DNA from: Tetramitus jugosus | Taxonomy: Eukaryota; Protista; Heterolobosea | Assembly (NCBI GenBank): GCA_937625935.1 | Contig: OW569345.1 | Span: 434,001 to 498,000, forward strand | Direction of reading: 5' to 3' | DNA length: 64,000 nt | Shown: piece after piece, positions 11,901-21,769 of the stretch | Layout: the number at the start of each line of letters is the position of its first letter | Position numbering within the stretch: position 1 is the first letter of the stretch | Made by a program: the position numbers and the translations under genes | Notes under the pieces: generated by a model | Databases searched by the model: none | What the model saw: the letters and a program-made list of their open reading frames with translations, nothing else | What the model was told of the DNA's origin: nothing

Positions 11901-12864
11901 AAAGAGAACAACTGAGCCAAAACATCATACATTACATGCACTGACACTCATTGATAACATCATGGCTGTTATTCCACCTCTATCCACATCGAGCATGTTG
12001 CGAGTAAGGGCTGGAGAAGAGTTTGGTCTTCTTGGCCAATATCGCAGAAACTTATTGAATCACTTGTGCGATAGTGAGTGGTATGACGTGCAGGAGGTGT
12101 ATGATAGACTACTTAGAACAGACAGACTCTATGAGGAGTTGATCGAGATTTACCGGAGAAGATCCATGCACGCTGAAGCCCTCTCTGTCTTTTTGTACAA
12201 CTTGAACGATTGGCTAGGAGCGGAAGAGTACTGCGACACAGAATATGCAAAGCAACAGAAGAAATTCGAAGAGGAGCTGTCAGCTCGCAGAAGAACAAAG
12301 GGACAAGTCAGTGTTCAACAAAGCAACGAAATTTACAATTCTTTGTTCACAAAACTGGTTCAAGTAAGCATTAAGAGGCCTACGAACAACGAAGGAGTCA
12401 CACTCGTGACTAGCTCTACCAAATTCATGAATGACCAAATACCTGTAGAGCTTGTATCACTGTTGAATCGACGATTCAAAGAGATGGATGTGGCTAGTAT
12501 TGTGACAATCTTGCCCGATGAGACCCCACTTGCAATATTGGAGCATTTCTTAACACAAACACTCCAAACAAACTATCATCAATCAAGAGTGGCCCAGCTC
12601 AAGAACAAGCTGGCTCAAAATGCAAATATACACACCAGGCAAGTTCAATTGAAGGCTGCACAAAGGAGCGTGAGCATAAAGTCAGACACAGTATGTCCCG
12701 TGTGCAGGAACCCCATCGGAAACGCTGTTTTTGCCGTGTTTCCAGATATGAGCTGTGTACATTACCGATGCTTGCAAAATGCTCCCAACTCAAAGGAAAA
12801 GCTTCGAAATGTACATCCCCAGACAAATGTTGATTTCGAGAAGGACCCCAAACAGTTTGACTAA
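8911..12864 (+). CDS. Vam6/Vps39/TGFBRAP1-family HOPS/CORVET subunit
   Basis: CNH-like N-terminus (LYVGCTNGKLILY, YPYVAG), clathrin-repeat-like HAEAL...AEEYC, and C-terminal CPVCRNPIGNAVFAVFPD...VHYRC zinc finger. Start uncertain (8830, 8911 or about 9080). Confidence 0.85.
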   Translation: MLIGKRIQKRFQKTNASASSPPDNQLLLSSSPTSLSTIVNHNINNNNNFNNNNSNKMMKFNYFSLDETMNPITCIHALDFNQQQRQSSLSLSPYQQFLYVGCTNGKLILYKILNQPLSINNKSSSSSSSSSSSNNHNHNHNHGSDESNDHGSELEYEKFNVTVHIQSSQSLQSSLGNVLFIETDVRMGLVFVVFEGKASPLHIFNLSMTRLLHVNYNMSHISSFALDKHHDYYRFAYYGSFASSNSSNSSSSSSNHTHNNTSGESSHHHACRIHVVSYRHFLSTSANEDQSRLTLVRSLNHSSLLSSLLSSSSPLLSPSSLVGTSSDSSVLASSSPPSSSSSSSSTTSAAAASAAHQAVISHMHLHGSHLVVYQQNTCRYFMYHLRNDSSSSSSTLNSSDASGVTNSTFVANAVGGGGGDQQDKTTLKQHTATSNNNGHQNDVLLIENKYWSTFNKLKGGQIPRVIHLNGDTCLVKTGDNQWSPVFTTVDHLGFEMDYYSTTSSTTASSLSSVSSAAAAATVVQNNHALSDLDRICHAMIQHHNTNEPFFKLGTIGFSSEPKDIALCYPYVAGIVNNQIEVYSLYTTGSYDDAHSLQVDYKSRLLSLINFDDGKLICGSSERFYFVTGNSLAYMVPPPLNQQINFLYDQQLYRQAHHLRLLKYDVCNTPSEQVERLLMNMHYDAGFAILIRGDFATAFKYFYAVHDTYAQTCRDIRDILALFRELPPPKHSSNKKQQQQQQQVFIDSDFFANWRGVKSTIVSGKLLYNLLKESIINHSITVSYSDDSVSEEGLALDLLNDSLNHLVFFLERLRASEITLRSPYEQATLEYTLIALYIRMMDNSDSIVPYQKIESIITGTNSCSFDSNLKSKFLQLLKTAKCLRHYSLLIKSGAKGDLDQYLHALTSLLQNIKEDRFAAQYDVVDDVVSILCDVSGDDLMSEDVRPSLVWCMTKNPSKSSSIFTVDRAVQPEPSAVIRFLNDFPQNIKLQYLHYLITQKRTTEPKHHTLHALTLIDNIMAVIPPLSTSSMLRVRAGEEFGLLGQYRRNLLNHLCDSEWYDVQEVYDRLLRTDRLYEELIEIYRRRSMHAEALSVFLYNLNDWLGAEEYCDTEYAKQQKKFEEELSARRRTKGQVSVQQSNEIYNSLFTKLVQVSIKRPTNNEGVTLVTSSTKFMNDQIPVELVSLLNRRFKEMDVASIVTILPDETPLAILEHFLTQTLQTNYHQSRVAQLKNKLAQNANIHTRQVQLKAAQRSVSIKSDTVCPVCRNPIGNAVFAVFPDMSCVHYRCLQNAPNSKEKLRNVHPQTNVDFEKDPKQFD

Positions 12865-13091
12865 CATTCTTTTTAATCTGTCGGCTCTACGGTCATCGCC
12901 CATAAATAAATATTAAGCTTTTGGTGCGTTTCTCGTCAGACACAATCAGATATCTGTATCTGATCCTCCAGTCCACCTCCAGCTGGATAATAAGTTCGAG
13001 CGAAACTGCAGTGAAATATACAGAACATCCTCAAACACAACCAACTCCGTAAACCAAAGATTAGAAATCTATTGTAACATACAACCAAGAG

Positions 13092-13673
13092 ATGAATTCT
13101 TTTTACTACAACTGCAGTGATATGTGCGACCAGGGAGAAAAGGTGGACTGTGAAAGTGTGTTGAGCTTGGATCTGACTGACAAGGATCCATCAGGACTCT
13201 GCGCTTCCTTGCTTGCTTTTGCTGGTGCATTGTTACTAGTCAGTGGGTCATTAGGAATGCTCTACAGCCTTACCTATCAGTCCATATTTGTTGCTCCACT
13301 CTGGTTTTATGTTCTGCTTGACTCCTATACCATTATTGTGGGACTCACTGCTTTGTTGAGTGTTGCAATTCCTCAAAAAACCTTTCCAAAGGCAAGATCA
13401 TATTCTGAGAACATATTCTCTTTGGGACTTGTGACTCTTCTCTTTGTTCAATTGATCCAGTTTACTATCAACGAATTCACCATGACTAGAAGGGGTCGCG
13501 TTGGTTTGCTCGTCAGAAGTTTGCAAATGACCCAGTACGCGATCTTAGCCATGTTCTTTACAATGTTGTTAGTTTGTGTAGTGTTGTGGCTGTTGAAGTT
13601 CTGGTCACCTCCCTCAGCTGAAATACAATGCAAAGACGATCGCTGTGAAGTGTCACATGTCGATTCTGCTTGA
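13092..13673 (+). CDS. Hypothetical four-TM membrane protein
   Basis: 193-aa ATG ORF with four hydrophobic segments; AATAAA follows the stop. Confidence 0.7.
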   Translation: MNSFYYNCSDMCDQGEKVDCESVLSLDLTDKDPSGLCASLLAFAGALLLVSGSLGMLYSLTYQSIFVAPLWFYVLLDSYTIIVGLTALLSVAIPQKTFPKARSYSENIFSLGLVTLLFVQLIQFTINEFTMTRRGRVGLLVRSLQMTQYAILAMFFTMLLVCVVLWLLKFWSPPSAEIQCKDDRCEVSHVDSA

Positions 13674-13733
13674 GCGCGCCCAAATTTGAATAAAAAACAC
13701 CGTTAACTGCGACCAAAGAAAAATGTTTCCCGC
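13674..13733 (+). promoter_or_regulatory. Putative cell-cycle promoter module (CDE/E2F-like, CHR, double MYB, E2F)
   Basis: GCGCGCCCAAA-TTTGAA (13674-13690), CCGTTAACTG (13700-13709) and TTTCCCGC (13726-13733), upstream of ATG 13812. Confidence 0.45.
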
Positions 13734-13811
13734 AGCTGCGCCACACAACAAAAAGGTGTATTGTTTCGTGTCACTCACTCACCCACCTTCTCTGGCGCAG
13801 ACAAAAAAAGA

Positions 13812-16800
13812 ATGCAGAACAAGGACACAATGACACCTCTCCGACTACAAATTGGTGAAGGTGACAATGACACGGAAATGGAATTTGAACTTGACATGGA
13901 AGAAAGAGATCAACAACAACAGCAGCAGCAGCAGAATGAAGCTGATGATGACGACAATGATGATGATGACGATCCATATGAGTTTCTTCCACAACTGTCT
14001 GTTGTTGACAATGTCAGTAGTGGTGATGATCATCGTGGCAATCACGAGCACAGTAATCGCAACAATAAAGTAGGGATCATGCCGAACACCCGTACGAATC
14101 AAAAGAAACGAACGAGGCACTATACTCGATTAACCGATGTTCGGACGTTGCCATTACGAATGAGACAAGTCCAGGATGCAAATGGTTGTTTATTGAAACC
14201 GTTGGCACCTGGTGATTTGACATTCCGTTCGTCATCATCATCGTCATCGTCGTCGTCATCTTGTCCAGATGTACAACTCAAGGACTACCAGTGGGAGGGC
14301 CTCAATTGGTTGCGATCTAATTGGTATGCGAAACGGAACTCTATACTAGCAGATGAGATGGGTTTAGGAAAGTACGTAACAGTAGTAGCAGTTGTTGTAT
14401 AAGAGTACAATCATTGTACGAGTTCTGTCTTGTTGTTGTTGTTCTGGTGTTTTTTCTTGTTGTTCTGACAAGTCTTTTTCCTTTCGAATATCTCATTCAT
14501 GTCATGTCTGATGTGTGCTTGTGGTGTGATTTCACATGTCTATGTGTGTCTGTGTGTGTGTGTGTCAACAGAACAGTGCAATCGATTAGTCTTCTTCACT
14601 ACATTGCAACAACATATGGCATCAATGGTCCATTTCTGATTGTAGTTCCGCTGAGCACGTTGACCAATTGGGAACGTGAGATCGATACATGGACTCATTT
14701 AAATTCAATTACAGTGTATTTGGATGATGATAGTTTGAGACAGGTGCAGGAAGCCATTCGAGGACTGTACGCCAACATTGTTCTAACGACTTATGAGATG
14801 TTGAAGAAGCACCGAACCTTCTTTTATCCAAAGAAATGGCAAGTAGTGATATTTGATGAGGCTCACAGACTTAAAACAGAAGATTCCACGATACGTCAAG
14901 TGGCAACCAAACTAAAGTACTCTCATTTAATTCTAATGACCGGTACTCCATTTCAACTGCACATCTCTGATCTCTTTAATTTATTATCTCTTGTGGATCC
15001 TCATACATATGATAATGTTGAGCATTTTTGCAACAAGTATGGAGATTTAACAACAGAACAGCAAGTACTCGAACTGAAACAATTGATATCTCCTCATGTT
15101 CTCCGAAGAACAAAAGATGAGGTCTTGTCTCTCGAAATGTCAGCAAAGGAAGAGATTGTCGTGGAGTTGGAACTCACTGCAAGCCAGAAGACGCTCTATC
15201 GTGCTATTTTTGAGAGAAAGACTGAATTTTTACGAAGAGAATTTAAGACAACACAAAGCATGTCGGCGATTGTAACAGCGCTTAAGAAATGTTGTAACCA
15301 TCCGTTTCTTCTTACGGGGGTGGAGCAGTATCTCAGCCAACAAAATAAGGACATACCCATTGAGGAACTAATGATCAAATCTGCATCAAAACTAATCTTT
15401 TTGGACAAACTCTTGTCGAAAATCATTGCCGATGGAGAAAAGGTTCTCATCTTTTGCCAGATGTTGGACATGCTAACCTTGCTCGAAGATTATCTGGCCT
15501 ATCGTAAAGTGGGATTTGAACGACTAGATGGAGGAATGTCAGTCGATGATCGAATGGTTTCAATCGACAAATTTAACAACGATCCCACGTGCCGCGCTTT
15601 TCTGCTTTCAACAAAAGCAGGCGGTTTTGGCATCAATCTCACCGCGGCCAATCATGTCGTAATTTACGAGTCGGATTTTAATCCGTTTAATGACTTGCAA
15701 GCATCTGCTCGGTGTCATCGAATTGGACAAAAGAAAAAAGTTTCAATCTATCGATTAATAGCCAAGGATACTTATGAGACATATATTTTGAGTCAAGCCT
15801 CCAAGAGACTGGGTGTAGGAGAAGTTGTTTTGGGGAATAACAATACCTCACAGAAAACTACGGATGAGATTGAAAGTATGTTGAGACATGGTGTCTACCA
15901 CATATTGTCAAATAATGACTCGCGCTCAGGTGATGATCTCCTAAATGAGAACTTAAGCTCCATCATTTCTCGCTCTAAAGCTGCTCAAGAGCACTCTGCC
16001 AAGCAACGATCCAATGTCATCTCTATATTCTCGAGAGAGAAACCAATCTCACATGATGGTGCTCACTCTCCTAAGCAAGACTCCAGCGATCAAGCAAACA
16101 ACATCCGCTCCATCTACTTTGTTCCAAAGGAGAATAAGAAGCAACAAATCGATATCAATGATAAGGACTTTTGGAGAAAGATGTTTCCTGATTATACTGA
16201 TACGACCGCTTTACTCGATCGACTTGACTCTCGTATGTACTCACTATTTTTCTTGTTGTTGTTGTTTAAACAACCTATTTACCGTATTCCTCAGCCGATC
16301 CTCTGGAACCACAAGAGAAATGTCAACTCTTTATGAGTCTTAAGTCCCTTTTTGCCGACCTGGTTAAGAGAGAGCAAACAACTCAAAATATCACTTCGAC
16401 GCTACTACAGGATAACTTGAGTATCAAGGAGTTGAACCTTATCGAAGAAAAAGCTTCATTATACAATGTGCAATCTGATGTGATGAAACTAAGGTCGAAC
16501 GTTCACTTGATACTTCTTCGTATTATGAATGACAAGCATGCTCAACAATTCACATCTGATGAAACACAATTCATTCATGACTGCCTCAGTCATTTCGAAG
16601 GGAAAAAGTTGAGAAATCGGAGAGTTGTCCTGCCATCCACTAACAAGAAAACAATTGAAACACTTCCCAAAGACATGGAAGGCTTTGCGAAACGGTCACA
16701 AAACAGTATCAATACCAATCGATCAACCAAAATTTTGTGGGCGAAAGCTCAAATACAGCAACCAAAGAAGAAAGAAAGAAAACGAAAGATTCAAGATAAT

Positions 16801-17427
16801 CCAGCACCTAGTCTAGTCACCTACCCATCTAATCGAGTCGTAAGCTTTGCCCTTCCTCATGACGTAAAAACACCATCCACTCGCGCACCAGTGGCTAAGA
16901 GAAGAAGATTGAATATACCATCGAGCCAAATCAAAACAAGGAGTCAACTAGCAGCAGAAATTGGTGGTAGTTCAAATCTACAACAACAAGAGCAACAAGA
17001 AGACATTTTGATACCTAGAAAGTCTTGGGAATTGTCGCACAATGAGACTTGTGCTGCTTGCCAAGTAGAAATTACTCCAATTTGTGCTCGAAGTTATTAC
17101 CATGCTCGATACACCTCAGAATTCCAGATTCTCTTTCCACATTTCAATGAAGATCTAAAGCGTGTATGTAATCAATGTTACATGTCATGCAGAGAGTTTA
17201 GAGAGAAACGAGCATTAGACATGAAGAAAAAGAGGTCAGAAAAGAGGAAGAAACTCCAAGCTCAGCGCGTCGAACCGAAACGTAGCTCTTTCTTCACAGC
17301 GTTGAATTCCTCGTCCTCTACAAACAATGGCCATCGACCAAGCAAACAGCACTCATTCACATTCGTTCCTCAGACAAAACCAAAGCCAACCATTACGAAA
17401 GCACTTCTCACTGTAAATGGCAGCTGA
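13812..17427 (+). CDS. CHD-like SNF2 chromatin-remodelling ATPase without chromodomains; exons 13812-14371, 14572-16232, 16295-17427
   Basis: [39 protein letters not shown] and [11 protein letters not shown]. Introns GTACGT..CAG and GTATGT..CAG restore the frame. Confidence 0.9.
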
Positions 17428-17740
17428 CAATATTTGTACAATTTTTTTTACAGCCATCACGCGTCGGAACAATTGTCCAATCTAAAATTTAACCTCGGAC
17501 ACCCACTGCCAGCAGAACGTTTATGATCCTCTGCTTTGGCCCTTGGAACTCTTGACACCCAACAAAATCTTTTTTAGGTGGACGAACCATGACAAAAGAA
17601 CCAACTTTGCTCCACCACTTTGCAATCCATACTGTGTAGTCACGAATTCTTTCAGTTAACTTGGTGCACAACTTACTCACACACATCACACAAACCAGCA
17701 TTTCGTTTCCTTATCTCATTCCTTCTGAATTCAGCTTGAA

Positions 17741-19924
17741 ATGCCTCTCACTCCTACCAATAATCACCTTCTGAATCCACAGAAGAATGAAAGTAGCTTC
17801 CTCTATTCCAACTATTGTGGAAATATCAAGCATGATGTCCGTTCTCCTTCTGTGTTATCTGAACTATCGACCAGCAACAATACTCCCATAAATAGTAACA
17901 ACAGTCCATACCATAAACAACCTCTTCCACCAATCAACTCCTACAATATTTCTCCACAGAACCAAATGATTCAAGACGACATCAATACAACAACCACTTC
18001 TACCAACAGTCCCAGAAAACGAACAAAAAAAAGAGACTCAAAATCCATTGTAACATCAACCACGAGAAGGAGCCAGTCCATACCTGAGAACACATTGTTT
18101 GGAAGTCCTCCAGAAACGGACAATAGTCCCCTTATCTCCTCTTCTTCTTCTTCTTCTCAACAACAAATGACAATCCACTCACGGCATAGGTTCTCTGCTC
18201 CTACTGTCCTCCACCACAGTTCCCTTTCTGTGACAACTGGTAGTGCCGTATCTTTGAATTCTTCCTATGCTCTCCAACCACAATACCAGATGAATAACTC
18301 TCCTGCAAATACAGATATTGGCTCGGCCTCACCTCCTCTTAAGATGAACTCTCCTCGAATCACAAAATCGGTACACCATCCTCACATGCACCATCCCTCC
18401 TCATGTACTTCCATGGAAAACAGTTGTGATATAGGTTATGTGCGCACTCCACAGTCAGCAACCATCAAGTCCTTTGTGTCTGACTATGGTACCACGCAAC
18501 TGCAACAACAGCATCACGATGAGAGCTCTCCACCTGCCTCCTCGCACTCCCGATTGTCCTCTTCTCCTATTACGACTAGTGTTCGAGTCAAGAGAGCTGA
18601 CAACTCTACTGAAGAGTCGCAACAACAACAGTTGCAACAGCTGAAGCATACCCGATTGTTTCCTCTGTCCTATGAATCTCAATCAGAGCCATTGCATCTC
18701 CGTTCAAACTCAATTCGAACTCATGATCATAAGTATGGTTGTTACCAGAGTCTCCACTATCGAAAATTGCATCAGATCATTGTGGACGAAGTGGATCACA
18801 GTCGACTCATACTCGGTCTTCTCCAAGAGAAAACTCAGTTGACCAAGAGACTCGAGACTCAAAATCAGTTCCAAGATGATATGGAAAGTGAGATGAACCA
18901 GTTGGAGAGTGATCTGATGAGTGAGAAGGAGATGAAACATGTGCAAAATGATATCATAAGGGATATGAATACAAAAATTAAGAGACAAGAGGAGGGAATC
19001 AGAGAACTGAACAGTGATTATCATGCGTTGTTTTCACTGTATCAAGAGCTGTTTGACAACCACCAACAGCTCGTTCTTCACCTGCAACAACAACAACATC
19101 GTCAGCAGCAGGAACTGCAACAATCTCAACTTCAACCCAACAACTCAACAGTCCATCGTCTCAATTTAAGCAGTACCAACAGTAGTAACATCAACAACAG
19201 TAGTAACAGCCAAAATAATACTGTGAATAATTTTGATAATGTACCAAGGATCGCATCTCCAAATCCGAGGAGGCATCATCCCGTGTTCCAATCCCAGTTG
19301 CAACAATCAGAATCCCAAAAACGTAATCCTTATCAAAAGATGCAACAAAACTTTGGAGAGGACCAAAACTTACTCTATCTCAACACAAACATGCTGTCAT
19401 TCAATCATAATGGCAGTCAGCTTGGTGATTCTCCTCATTATCCTGTGTCTCCCATGATGATGATGATGAATAGTGATGGTTGCCTCTCTTCTGCAGCCAA
19501 GTTCATCTCTGAAGAATCCGCTGAAGTGTTCATTCCTACGCTGTGCCCCACTTCTCAATCGTCTATATCGGAAGAATTTGAACTCTGTGGTCTGTACTGG
19601 CAAGTTGTCTGCCAAAAGAGAGGAACAGACAGAGAGAATCAATGCACATCAGGTCTCTGCCTATCTAGCTGTTATTCGAGTTGTGAGGTGAAAGCCAAGT
19701 TTAGAATATGTCTACAGAACTCTCAAGTTGTTTGGAAACAAAAGAGCTCTGTGCGGTTCGGTTACAACATGATCGCATGGGGCAGAGACAACTTTTTGGA
19801 AAAGGATGACATGAACGATTTTGTTTGCACGAGAGAAAACAGGAATGGCTCACAAGAACAAGGATTTTATCTCACTGTACATATTCAAGTTGAGGAAGCT
19901 CGAAATGCAATCATTACTGCATAG
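17741..19924 (+). CDS. Disordered N-terminus, coiled coil and C-terminal MATH/TRAF-like domain
   Basis: Heptad region at about aa 350-450. SEEFELCGLYWQV...VKAKFRICL...AWGRDNFL fits the MATH pattern. Confidence 0.7.
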   Translation: MPLTPTNNHLLNPQKNESSFLYSNYCGNIKHDVRSPSVLSELSTSNNTPINSNNSPYHKQPLPPINSYNISPQNQMIQDDINTTTTSTNSPRKRTKKRDSKSIVTSTTRRSQSIPENTLFGSPPETDNSPLISSSSSSSQQQMTIHSRHRFSAPTVLHHSSLSVTTGSAVSLNSSYALQPQYQMNNSPANTDIGSASPPLKMNSPRITKSVHHPHMHHPSSCTSMENSCDIGYVRTPQSATIKSFVSDYGTTQLQQQHHDESSPPASSHSRLSSSPITTSVRVKRADNSTEESQQQQLQQLKHTRLFPLSYESQSEPLHLRSNSIRTHDHKYGCYQSLHYRKLHQIIVDEVDHSRLILGLLQEKTQLTKRLETQNQFQDDMESEMNQLESDLMSEKEMKHVQNDIIRDMNTKIKRQEEGIRELNSDYHALFSLYQELFDNHQQLVLHLQQQQHRQQQELQQSQLQPNNSTVHRLNLSSTNSSNINNSSNSQNNTVNNFDNVPRIASPNPRRHHPVFQSQLQQSESQKRNPYQKMQQNFGEDQNLLYLNTNMLSFNHNGSQLGDSPHYPVSPMMMMMNSDGCLSSAAKFISEESAEVFIPTLCPTSQSSISEEFELCGLYWQVVCQKRGTDRENQCTSGLCLSSCYSSCEVKAKFRICLQNSQVVWKQKSSVRFGYNMIAWGRDNFLEKDDMNDFVCTRENRNGSQEQGFYLTVHIQVEEARNAIITA

Positions 19925-19952
19925 AAAGCCCTTTCAATGACCTCCAATAAAA

Positions 19953-20513
19953 ATGGAGTTCCAATTTGGAAGAAACCGAAACATTTACAGAAAAACATCT
20001 TTGAGCATCTTTGAAACAAAGAACCAATATAGAGAAATGGTTCGAAAACATTTTGAAAGGTCATATGTACTGTCAGAGCCAAGCCTTTCGAGCTCGAGTA
20101 AAAAGATTATGCCTTCTGAAGGCAGCTTCCAGAGGAAAGAATTATTGCATGATGTGGGATGTGCAGTGGCTCCTCAGAAAAACAGCAGTGTCAGAGAAAC
20201 AAAGTTCTCTCGTGGTTTCTATCGAAGACCACAGACATCAATTCAACAAGACAGAGAAAGAAGTGAGCTAGAGAAACGCAAGTTCGAGAGGAGAAGAGAG
20301 CTTGAGGGGAGAGCGAGATGTGTTTTGTCGCCTCCTTCAAGCAACCCGCTGATTTCGCTCGACAACCCTCCTCCAAAACTTCGCACGACTCTGCGCACCT
20401 TTGAGAATGCGATGGTTCATGAAGAACAAAAACCTCATGAAAGACCAAGAACGTCCATCAGGGTCGGATTGGACAAGAGAAAGTATGAAAATATAATAAA
20501 ACATGTAAAGTGA
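19953..20513 (+). CDS. Hypothetical basic 186-aa protein
   Basis: ATG ORF with plausible composition and no recognised domain. Confidence 0.55.
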   Translation: MEFQFGRNRNIYRKTSLSIFETKNQYREMVRKHFERSYVLSEPSLSSSSKKIMPSEGSFQRKELLHDVGCAVAPQKNSSVRETKFSRGFYRRPQTSIQQDRERSELEKRKFERRRELEGRARCVLSPPSSNPLISLDNPPPKLRTTLRTFENAMVHEEQKPHERPRTSIRVGLDKRKYENIIKHVK

Positions 20514-20639
20514 ATCCAAAAAGATGTACATCTTTTTTATTCCATCCGTCAATAGCTTTGACAGAAGACCAAGAGCCCAAAGAGCCACGAAAATCGCAAA
20601 CAATCCCAAGTGAGCATAGCATGCTCAGGCATTGGTGAT

Positions 20640-21233
20640 TCAGGTAGCAGCTACAGTCTCTAATTGTACAATTCTGGCTTCAAGAGCTTCAATCCTATTC
20701 CTCAGAGAGAGGTTTTCTTGCTCCAGCGAGTGAATAGTAAGGAAAGGGTCAGTCCTAGTCATATATGGGCCCATCATTGATCCAGAGTGGTCAAGTTGTT
20801 TGTACAGGTCAGTTGCATCAAAAGTATACTTGTGAGCGTTGCTATTCATCAAATATTCATTTGAGTGATAGGGAGCTTCAGGACAAATATACAATGATGA
20901 TGACTGTTCTTGAAAGTCCCTATCAAATGGGTCAGTCTCAACATTCCTAGTGGGTGAATAGTTCATTCGAACAGCCTTGACAAGGGCAGTATGAGTAGAG
21001 GAGTTTTGTCTTCTACCAGGTTGAGTATATCTCTTCTTGTTTTTGGAAACACTAGAGCTAGAGTAAGAGGTACCAGAGTGAATGAGCTTAGGGGAGAGAT
21101 TTCTTCTTGCATAGAACGAGGTGTCCTTCTCGTATTGTGAAGCTTGAGAGCCAGATTGTAATGGAGCAACGTCGTCTGTAGATTGAGAGGACGGGCCCTT
21201 ACGACTTGACAGTTGGCAAGGCGTGTGGTGCAT
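20640..21233 (-). CDS. Hypothetical 197-aa protein with a C-terminal leucine-zipper/coiled coil
   Basis: IHSLEQENLSLRNRIEALEARIVQLE heptads. Confidence 0.6.
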   Translation of the reverse strand: MHHTPCQLSSRKGPSSQSTDDVAPLQSGSQASQYEKDTSFYARRNLSPKLIHSGTSYSSSSVSKNKKRYTQPGRRQNSSTHTALVKAVRMNYSPTRNVETDPFDRDFQEQSSSLYICPEAPYHSNEYLMNSNAHKYTFDATDLYKQLDHSGSMMGPYMTRTDPFLTIHSLEQENLSLRNRIEALEARIVQLETVAAT

Positions 21234-21769
21234 AGGTAGGTGTAGTTTCCACAGAGCAGTTATCTGCTAACCCGTGTTCAGTTGAGTTATTGAGTTATCA
21301 AGGTGGTGTGGGAGATTAATTGCATCGTTTGTTTGTGTTTTTTTTGAAGCAATTTATTGTGTCGTTGAACAAGACTGGGATCGTTGTAACCGGGGGGATT
21401 TTTGGTTCCATTACACTTTACAATGATCGTTGCTTCTGATTGGTCAGTCGGACAAATGGTTACAATTTATTGGGGATAAAGATTTGTCCCGTAAACAAGT
21501 TGGTGCGCCATTCTAATGACGTGGCGAATTCGACTACGAAACGGAAAAAATAGAACCGGCACAAGTTCTCCGCTTGATGGCTGCTTTCGGCTTGTCAAGT
21601 GGTTGTCCATCAATAAATTGATTCTTTGCCAATTTCATCTTTGACTCTTGCCCTGAAATAGACTGACAGGTGGCACCGTTTCTACTACAGTACCAGATGT
21701 CGATAAAACAAACGAAAAACACCTTCGGTTTTTCGTCATTGAAATGAGAACCCTAAAATTTAAGTCTCC

